Below are positions 44,604-51,836 of a stretch of 51,836 bases of DNA, in pieces; the first letter of the stretch is position 1; every line of letters starts with the position of its first letter. The stretch spans positions 1 to 51,836 of the forward strand of contig JARQWU010000042.1 of the NCBI GenBank assembly GCA_040182905.1, given 5' to 3'. Origin of the DNA: Barthelona sp. PAP020. Lineage: Eukaryota. The position numbers and the translations under genes were made by a program. Under the pieces are notes generated by a model. That model did not search any database, was not told the DNA's origin, and was given only the letters and a program-made list of their open reading frames with translations.

Positions 44604-47207
44604 ATGAGATATTTGACGTTAATTGTATTGTTCTTAATCATAGTTTATGGAAAAGACCTATTTCCACCAGTTTTAAAACAAGAAATTAGTGATGAACATA
44701 TTCCTCTTTTAACAACATTAACATTTAAATACGATAATAAGCTTACTTTATTGGATTTATCGGTTAATAGATTTTTAGAATATGTATTTCTTCATGAAAC
44801 TAACTTTGACATTGATACCAACGCTAATATTGATTCCAAATTAGATAATAATTTAGATCCAGATAGTTATATAGATAAATGTTACATAAAAGTTGCGAAA
44901 TATGATGAAGTATTAGCTATTGGAACTAACGTTTCATTTTCGATTGAAATTGATAATAATCAATGTTTTATAAACTCATCCACTGTTTTTGGTAGCATTT
45001 ACGCTTTAAATATGTTGCAACAGTTGGTATCACCTAGTTATGATGTTGCTTTGATACCAAAGAAGGTTTTTATTCAAAGTGATGAGAAAAAGCCTTGGAG
45101 AGCAATTAGATATGATATTTCATCTTTTTACATGTCATTTTTAGATATTGAAGAATTATTGACGACTTTATCGATGGCTCGAATCAATATTTTGTTGTTA
45201 ACTATTAGTAGTTCGTCCAATGTTGCGATTGAAGGACATTTCAAAAATTCTTTTGGTCAACAATACAGTTCCAATGATTTCCATGATTTAGCAGATGAAG
45301 CCTTGAGATTTGGCATCATGGTTGTTCCTTCATTCTCATTTCCTTGCAACATAAAAAGTTGGAATCTAACGTATCCGTCATTGGTCTTAGATTCTGGAAT
45401 TGCTGAGACATCAATAATAAATCCTTTGCATGATGATTATTTAACAGCAATACAAGAATTTGTGAAATTAGTTGATGATGCTTTTCCAAGAGTTGGAGAG
45501 CATTACATTCATATTGATAGTTTTTTCCCAGAAGCTGCATTAAATGTATGGAAAAATAATACAAACATTACCAAATATATTGAAGAAAACAGTCTTACTT
45601 TTGGAAAGTTTTTATTGGATCAAATTAATACGTTATTGAATAATCTTGGTCGAACAAAGATTTTAACGTTGGGTTTCTTTGAATATACCAAAGAATTAGT
45701 TGATTATGTTGATATCTTTGAAATATTAAGTGAAAAGCAAAAGGATAATCTTGATTATTTACTTAGTCAAGGTTTGAATATTATTGACAGCTCATCTAGC
45801 AAATTGATAAAATCTGCAACTGTACAATTTGATCGAAATATGATAAATTTGAATATTTCATCAAATAACAAAGTTATAGGTTCAACTATTTATTACGGGG
45901 ATATTCCCTTACAATCCAAGCATTTAAGTCGTTCATCATATTTGTATCATTATTTTCCTTCTTCGTTTATCATATTATACATGTTCTACGATATTAATAA
46001 TCTTAATAATGGGGTTGAGTATGCGGAAGATAACAGAATAACCATTATTAATGAATTTGTCTGTTTTTTAAATGCTAAGGACATTATCATATCACCATTT
46101 GGTGGATATTCATGCAATTATAAGGAGATTCAATCTTTAATTGATTATGTATTTCCACAAATTATTGAAACTGAAAAACCCAGTATAATATCTATTATTG
46201 GCAATAATTTTGATCCTCTGGCAAATTTCACCAAAATTGCTCGTGTTCCTAGAATTTACATTAATAATCAGGAATGTGAAATATTGACGATATCTAAATC
46301 GATCATTCAATTTAAATCACCCATTTTTTTAAAACCAACAACAGGATTATTAAACTTTACGATTTATAATCGTCCCACTATTTTAATGAACAATGCTTTT
46401 TCCATTATTAATCCTTTTGCTCCATTTATTACAGGGATGAACATTAAAAACATTTATCCTGCTATAATTAATCAAACAATTGAATTATTCATTTATTCTC
46501 AAGATGCTAAACAGTTGAATACTGAAGATTATCTAATTCAATTAGCTTTAGACAAGGATTTAACTGAGATCTTTAGTTGTGTGGAAGTAATTATTATTGA
46601 CTTATATTCAATCAAGTGTATTCTTCCAAAATTTTCAAATGTTGGTGTTTTATACATTCGATTACAATCTACTGCGAAATCTGAAGTTTTATCAAATGTG
46701 AAAGAAATTGAAATACTTGCATTAGACCAACCAAAACTCTATTCTATTTTTCCTTCAAAATTAGATTTACCCGCTTTAAGATCATTTGAATTGACAATAT
46801 ATGGTGAATATCTGAATAATAATCTCAATAATTTCGTAGTGGTAAAGGATTTGAATATTACTTTGTTTAAACAAGGAAGAACATTTGGTAAGTGTCATGG
46901 AATATCTTTAATTGAGCAAGAATCATTTCAAGTAATTAGTTGTCAAATGATTCCCAATGACCATTTGAGTAGTGAGTTCAATGAAAATGTTGCTAGGAAT
47001 TTTTCAGTAATCATAACCATGAATGATAGAATATATTTTTCAAATACCACAATCAACTTTGAAAAAATTGATTTGAAATTCAATATTGCTAAAGTTCCAG
47101 CAATCATCATTATCCTCGTGTTTTCGTTGCTTTTTGCTTATTCATATATACAATATCAAAATGCTCAAAAAAATCGAAAAAGGGCAGTGTCTTCTTTAAT
47201 TCGCTAA
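44604..47207 (+). CDS. Type I membrane protein: signal peptide, GH20 (beta-hexosaminidase)-like domain lacking catalytic motifs, ~3 IPT/TIG-like domains, C-terminal TM
   Basis: STVFGSIYALNMLQQL, PWRAIRYDISSFY, A.RFGIMVVPSFSFPCNIKSW, INPLHDD, FP....YIHI follow GH20 motif order. IPT-like P.I..I.P...I.I.G.NF units. TM VPAIIIILVFSLLFAYSYI with a basic tail. Confidence 0.75.
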   Translation: MRYLTLIVLFLIIVYGKDLFPPVLKQEISDEHIPLLTTLTFKYDNKLTLLDLSVNRFLEYVFLHETNFDIDTNANIDSKLDNNLDPDSYIDKCYIKVAKYDEVLAIGTNVSFSIEIDNNQCFINSSTVFGSIYALNMLQQLVSPSYDVALIPKKVFIQSDEKKPWRAIRYDISSFYMSFLDIEELLTTLSMARINILLLTISSSSNVAIEGHFKNSFGQQYSSNDFHDLADEALRFGIMVVPSFSFPCNIKSWNLTYPSLVLDSGIAETSIINPLHDDYLTAIQEFVKLVDDAFPRVGEHYIHIDSFFPEAALNVWKNNTNITKYIEENSLTFGKFLLDQINTLLNNLGRTKILTLGFFEYTKELVDYVDIFEILSEKQKDNLDYLLSQGLNIIDSSSSKLIKSATVQFDRNMINLNISSNNKVIGSTIYYGDIPLQSKHLSRSSYLYHYFPSSFIILYMFYDINNLNNGVEYAEDNRITIINEFVCFLNAKDIIISPFGGYSCNYKEIQSLIDYVFPQIIETEKPSIISIIGNNFDPLANFTKIARVPRIYINNQECEILTISKSIIQFKSPIFLKPTTGLLNFTIYNRPTILMNNAFSIINPFAPFITGMNIKNIYPAIINQTIELFIYSQDAKQLNTEDYLIQLALDKDLTEIFSCVEVIIIDLYSIKCILPKFSNVGVLYIRLQSTAKSEVLSNVKEIEILALDQPKLYSIFPSKLDLPALRSFELTIYGEYLNNNLNNFVVVKDLNITLFKQGRTFGKCHGISLIEQESFQVISCQMIPNDHLSSEFNENVARNFSVIITMNDRIYFSNTTINFEKIDLKFNIAKVPAIIIILVFSLLFAYSYIQYQNAQKNRKRAVSSLIR

Positions 47208-47394
47208 AACTTTGCTTTTCATTGTTCTGTTGTTTATATATATATAAATGTTTGTTTATTTATTTATTTATTGTGTGACTTCAAGCTAAAGAAGAGGAGA
47301 AATCATGTTAAATGCTGTTTTTTAAAAAAAAAAAAAAAAAGAAAAGAAATCATTGTCTTTTGCATTATTTACAAATTTAGTTGCTTTCTTTTTG

Positions 47395-48645
47395 TCACAT
47401 GAATATACACTTTGACTTATTATCAGTGACACTCTCAATCTCATTTTCATCCTTTTGACAATTTGATTCACAAAAAAGTTGATGCATATTACCACCATTT
47501 GATTCATTAATATCAACCAAATCCCAACAAAGATCAATAATCATCTTGTATTCTTTTATATTCATGTAAATTCCTCTTGCAACTAATTTACGAATGAAAG
47601 AAGTATCCCAACCTACAGATATCGCATGTGAAAGAACGTATCCATCACTTTTTGACAATTCAATCAATTCTGAAATTTTAGATGATAAGTCGGGATGAAA
47701 TATTTGGAAAACTTTTATTCTAAACTTTTCACATGCACCACATACCAATTGAGTCTTATCTGGAGAAATGGCAAAAGAAAACCAGGAAGTATTACAATCA
47801 CAATGGAACTTTTGAATTGATTGAAAGTCTTGTGTGCTAAATGAGGTTATAAAACCATCTCCAGACATAACTAGCATAATAGCTGAACTTAGAAAGTGAA
47901 AATCAAAGACACTTCCCTCAAAATTGAGAGAGTACAACAGTGCTCCATTCTCTAAGTCCCAAACACAAACAGCACCACCGTCATCTGCAGAAATTACACT
48001 CTTTTGATTGGGATGAAAATTTACGCTTCTAACATACGTTTGGTGGGTAAAAGCGTTTGAAATGGACATATCAGCAGTGTTAACCACTTTGACAGTCTTA
48101 TCAAAACTTCCCGACACAATATGTTCATCGTCATTTGAAAGATTTAGGCTAAAAATAAGGTAACTATGTATTTGAACTTCATATATAGGTTTTTCAGCAA
48201 ATAATTTCCATTTCTTTAAAATTCCGTTTTTATCGCCAGAATAGATAAATTTAGAACAATGAGAAAAAGTTAATGATGAAACAAGTGCATTATTTACAAA
48301 TTGATAAACAATAGAAAAATCTTCCACTTTAAATATTGCAATTTGGCCACCAAACTGGCTAGCAGCCATAAAGCGACCATCTGACGAAAAAACAACACAA
48401 TAAACATATGAAAGAATGGCATCTCCAAAAGTGTTGATGTGATCAAAATTTTCGGTGTCAAAAATTAACAACCAGGAAGAATGACACAAAACAACAAAAT
48501 ATCTACCATCGGGTGAATATGCACAAGAGCACATCCAATGATTAAGCTTTCCATCAATAATTTTTACATTTTCATCAAATATTCTGGGTACACACCTTTC
48601 ATAAATTATATTTCGAACAGTTGACTCTTTTGTTCTAATTTTCAT
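47395..48645 (-). CDS. WD40 beta-propeller protein (~7 blades) with a C-terminal helical extension
   Basis: CAYSPDGRYF, VVFSSDGRFMA, IYSGDKNGILKKWK, IVSGSFDKTVKV, ISADDGGAVCVWD, FAISPDKTQL. The first ATG is at 48645 (MKIRTKES); the track start at 48717 is GTG. Confidence 0.9.
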   Translation of the reverse strand: MKIRTKESTVRNIIYERCVPRIFDENVKIIDGKLNHWMCSCAYSPDGRYFVVLCHSSWLLIFDTENFDHINTFGDAILSYVYCVVFSSDGRFMAASQFGGQIAIFKVEDFSIVYQFVNNALVSSLTFSHCSKFIYSGDKNGILKKWKLFAEKPIYEVQIHSYLIFSLNLSNDDEHIVSGSFDKTVKVVNTADMSISNAFTHQTYVRSVNFHPNQKSVISADDGGAVCVWDLENGALLYSLNFEGSVFDFHFLSSAIMLVMSGDGFITSFSTQDFQSIQKFHCDCNTSWFSFAISPDKTQLVCGACEKFRIKVFQIFHPDLSSKISELIELSKSDGYVLSHAISVGWDTSFIRKLVARGIYMNIKEYKMIIDLCWDLVDINESNGGNMHQLFCESNCQKDENEIESVTDNKSKCIFM

Positions 48646-48845
48646 TGTTTGTTTGCATAAATATAAACATAAAGAGTTATTTGAAATGAATTTGAAGTTT
48701 GGAAAAAAAAAATTCACTCTTTTTCGGTTTTTTACTGTCTATTCATTGAAGAAAATGATGATAATACCTTCTGTATTTTTTAAAAAGAATTGTTAAAACA
48801 AGTAAAATATTTTTTTCAATAATTTGACTGATAATGTGTAATTAA

Positions 48846-51650
48846 ATGCATGAATTTGTCGTCAGGTGTGATAATGGTACGCAAATTAAAATTGAATTTC
48901 CTTTCCAGCCATATGAACAACAATATGGATATATTGGTGAATTAACAAAATCAATAATTGAAAAGAAACACAGTTTGTTGGAATCTCCTACCGGTACTGG
49001 TAAGAGTTTAATGATTTTAACATCAATATTAGGATGTCAAGATTATTTAAATAGAGAATCTCAGTTTAATTCAAATCTTCGATATAGAGCAATTATTTTA
49101 TCTCGTACACACACACAAATACAACAATTTTTGAAAGAACTGAAACATTTAGAAAAGACACCCACAGTGACAGTATTGGCAGCAAGAAAACATTATTGTG
49201 TTTGGAAAAAGATGATAAAGGAGGGCTTATATAACATCAATCAACGCTGTACACATGCACAAGATTCATGTCCATATTTTCAAGGCTTTAAATTGAGAGG
49301 TTTGTCTCAACAACCTTCAAAAACGTTTACTGATATTGAGGACTTTGTTACTGATTGTAGAGTGAATCGAATATGTCCATATTATTTGAGCAGACGGAAT
49401 TGTTATTCATCTGATATAGTTTTCAGTCCATATAGTTACATTTTTGATAAAGCTTCATCTGCTGGTTTAGATATGGAATTGTTTCTGTCCAACGCAACAT
49501 TAATTGTTGATGAAGCCCATAATCTTGAGTCTGTATGTACAGATTCCAATTCTTGTAGTTTAGATGTTTCTCAATTATCCGCGGCTTTAGCAGAAGTAGA
49601 TGTTGTTGTTACACGTGCTCGGCATAATCCAATGAAAAATACCGGAATAAACGTTCGAGATGCTACTATTCTTCAATTGATTTTACATGGATTGGAGCAA
49701 AGGTTAAGTGTGGTTGAAGTGTCGAACACTGATAAGTTTAGCAATCCTACCAGAGTTGAAGAGACTGAATGGGTAATCAATTTATTTCGTTCTCTGGGGA
49801 TAAACAGAACAACCTATGAAGGATTAGTTGATCAAATCAAGTTAATGTTAGTTAATGATCTTGCAGATCGTGTTGCAAGCAATTCTGCGGGAAGTAGGGC
49901 CTTAAGAACATTAATTCGATTATTTGAGCAAGTTTTTGGTAGTGTAGAGGAGGGTGTATCAAATTTATTTAAAACTTTGATAATTGATGAGATTACTTCA
50001 ATAGGAGCGAAGAATTTGAAGAACAAAAGGAACGTTCAAAGAAGATTTTTGAATTTTTGGTGTTTTTCATCTTCGTTAGCGGTATCAAAAATAAAAACAC
50101 ATGTTCGAAATTTAGTCTTTACATCGGGAACAATATCACCATTCAGTGGAATTGAAGCTGAAACAAACATACATTTCCCCATACAATATTCGGCAAAGCA
50201 TGTTATTCAGCGAGAAAACATTGTTGTCTCTGTTTTATCCAAAGGGCCTGATGGTATCAACTTAAACTCATCAATGAAAAATCGTGGCAATATGGATTAT
50301 ATTGAGAGTCTGGGATTATTAGCATTGTTGCAATGTGATGTATGTAATGGGGGAATTTTGTTTTTTTTCCCCTCATATTCTGCATTAAGGAGTGTTATAA
50401 AAGGTTGGAAAGAACATAAAATATCATTGGATAAATTGAGAAACATTCCATTCAAGAGGGAAATCAGTATATTTGAAAATAAAACAATTTTGGAAAGTAT
50501 TGAATTGATTAGACCCACGTTTATAGAGCCTAACTTATCAGATGATTTGAAAGAAGTGATGGATGCATATTATTATTCAATAAAATCAAATTTGGGTGGA
50601 ATTGTGTTTGCTGTTTGTCGAGGAAAATTGTCTGAAGGACTTGATTTTAAAGATGACAAAGGACGTGTGGTAATTATTGCAGGTATACCGTTTCCTTCAG
50701 TGAAAGAACCAAAAATTGTGGTAAAAAGAGAATTTACTTCAAGTAGAAATGTTGATTGGTATAAATTGCAAGCAATGAGTGCTGTAAATCAAGCTGCAGG
50801 AAGAGTTATTCGACATATTCATGATTATGGCAGTATCATACTTGCTGATGAACGTTTTCGAGATACAAATTTACAAACGTTAATTTCTTTATGGCTGAAA
50901 GAGTTTTTAGTTGTAAATGACAACTACAATGTATTGCATGGAAAAATTATGGGGATGTTAGCAAGATGTGGAGCGTATGCGCATTCAATGAATCAGGTAA
51001 AAAAAAAGATGAATGGAATGAATTTAAATAGATCCAATCTTAGAGTTCCCATGAATTTTCGAAGCATAAAAGAAAATCTGAAAAAAGAACCTGAAATACC
51101 TGTGGCTTCTTTGAAAGATGAAATTGAAGATTTGGAAAAGAATATCTTTCATTTTAAAACACAAGATTTGATTTCCACACATAAAGATGAAAAAACATCG
51201 TTTGCACAGACCCCTCATAGATTATTGATTGCTTCAGATCTCAACACAAAAGAAAGTTTGCGCGATAAATTTACAAAACGTTTAAACAATTCTAACAAAT
51301 CCTTTGAATTACTAAATAGCAGTGAGTTTAGAGAAATGGTTCCAGAAGGAAAAAGAATTGTCAAAGATATCTTTTCGAATTGGTTAGCCGGAAAGTTTCA
51401 AGATGAGCATCCATCCAAAATTTTGTTATTGTTTAGGAAAGCTAATGTCAGCAATGAAATTGTGTTAAGGATTTGTGAAATGTCCAAAGCTTCTTTGATT
51501 CCTTCGGCTTTGGAAGTAAGAGAACTTATCGAACTAGATAATCAAAAATTGGCTCAATTATGGAATAATTCTCTTATTCAATCGAAAAAAGAAGGAAAAT
51601 TGTTGAAGAAACCTAATAAATTGGCTTTATTGGCTCAAAAACGGAAATAA
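48846..51650 (+). CDS. RTEL1: XPD-family Fe-S DNA helicase, RTEL1-like
   Basis: FPFQPY..Q, LLESPTGTGKSL, SRTHTQ, four candidate Fe-S Cys (HYC, QRC, SCPYF, CPYY), DEAHN, FWCFS, TSGT.SP, KGPDG..LNSS, FFPSY, VCRGK.SEGLDF.D..GR, WY..QA..AVNQA.GRVIRH..DYG. WCFS and GPDG favour RTEL1 over FANCJ/DDX11. Confidence 0.8.
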   Translation: MHEFVVRCDNGTQIKIEFPFQPYEQQYGYIGELTKSIIEKKHSLLESPTGTGKSLMILTSILGCQDYLNRESQFNSNLRYRAIILSRTHTQIQQFLKELKHLEKTPTVTVLAARKHYCVWKKMIKEGLYNINQRCTHAQDSCPYFQGFKLRGLSQQPSKTFTDIEDFVTDCRVNRICPYYLSRRNCYSSDIVFSPYSYIFDKASSAGLDMELFLSNATLIVDEAHNLESVCTDSNSCSLDVSQLSAALAEVDVVVTRARHNPMKNTGINVRDATILQLILHGLEQRLSVVEVSNTDKFSNPTRVEETEWVINLFRSLGINRTTYEGLVDQIKLMLVNDLADRVASNSAGSRALRTLIRLFEQVFGSVEEGVSNLFKTLIIDEITSIGAKNLKNKRNVQRRFLNFWCFSSSLAVSKIKTHVRNLVFTSGTISPFSGIEAETNIHFPIQYSAKHVIQRENIVVSVLSKGPDGINLNSSMKNRGNMDYIESLGLLALLQCDVCNGGILFFFPSYSALRSVIKGWKEHKISLDKLRNIPFKREISIFENKTILESIELIRPTFIEPNLSDDLKEVMDAYYYSIKSNLGGIVFAVCRGKLSEGLDFKDDKGRVVIIAGIPFPSVKEPKIVVKREFTSSRNVDWYKLQAMSAVNQAAGRVIRHIHDYGSIILADERFRDTNLQTLISLWLKEFLVVNDNYNVLHGKIMGMLARCGAYAHSMNQVKKKMNGMNLNRSNLRVPMNFRSIKENLKKEPEIPVASLKDEIEDLEKNIFHFKTQDLISTHKDEKTSFAQTPHRLLIASDLNTKESLRDKFTKRLNNSNKSFELLNSSEFREMVPEGKRIVKDIFSNWLAGKFQDEHPSKILLLFRKANVSNEIVLRICEMSKASLIPSALEVRELIELDNQKLAQLWNNSLIQSKKEGKLLKKPNKLALLAQKRK

Positions 51651-51836
51651 ATAGTCGAATCTCTTCGATTCTTTTATTTTTCTTTCCATTCGATTGTTGT
51701 TGAATTTTTTTTGTTGAAACAAAGACAGAGCAATAATCTTAAAATCCTGTAATGTGGGCACTTTGTGATTTCCCAATATTGCTGTGCTTTTTTTAAGCTT
51801 GTTGTTGTTGTTTTTTTTTTTTTTTTTTTCAAAATT

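Noticed and set aside
48846..51650. Functional link between RTEL1 and the telomere-template-like element
   Set aside because: They are about 19 kb and eight genes apart; proximity is uninformative.
1..51836. CRISPR arrays, tRNA/rRNA genes, transposases or prokaryotic operon signals
   Set aside because: None seen by eye. There are no regularly spaced direct repeats or cloverleaf/T-loop motifs, and the gene content is eukaryotic.

Overview
AT-rich, very gene-dense (~93% coding by my sum of the calls below), apparently intron-free eukaryotic DNA. TAA, TAG and TGA are all used as stops, so the code is standard. It is most likely from a unicellular protist; the lineage cannot be fixed from this window. 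Half the window is one 25.5-kb ORF encoding an 8497-aa predicted surface receptor/adhesin: signal peptide, very long beta-solenoid-like ectodomain, PMP-like GGAI/FxxN-type repeats, Cys-rich GCC2/GCC3-type repeats and about 9 TM helices. The rest holds an ARM+TPR co-chaperone-like gene, exocyst Sec3, a polytopic membrane protein built from D-x-P...R repeats, two unknown proteins (one coiled-coil), a degenerate class III nucleotide cyclase, CNOT11, a YTHDF-type m6A reader, a degenerate GH20+IPT/TIG membrane protein, a WD40 protein and an RTEL1-like Fe-S helicase. The most unexpected signal is non-coding: a ~175-nt intergenic element (29973-30147) that folds into a fully nested multi-stem structure. 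It carries both a TTAGGG-telomere template-like octamer (TAACCCTA) and a U3 snoRNA box A-like segment, and is a candidate unannotated ncRNA. All family calls come from motif recognition by eye; no searches were run.
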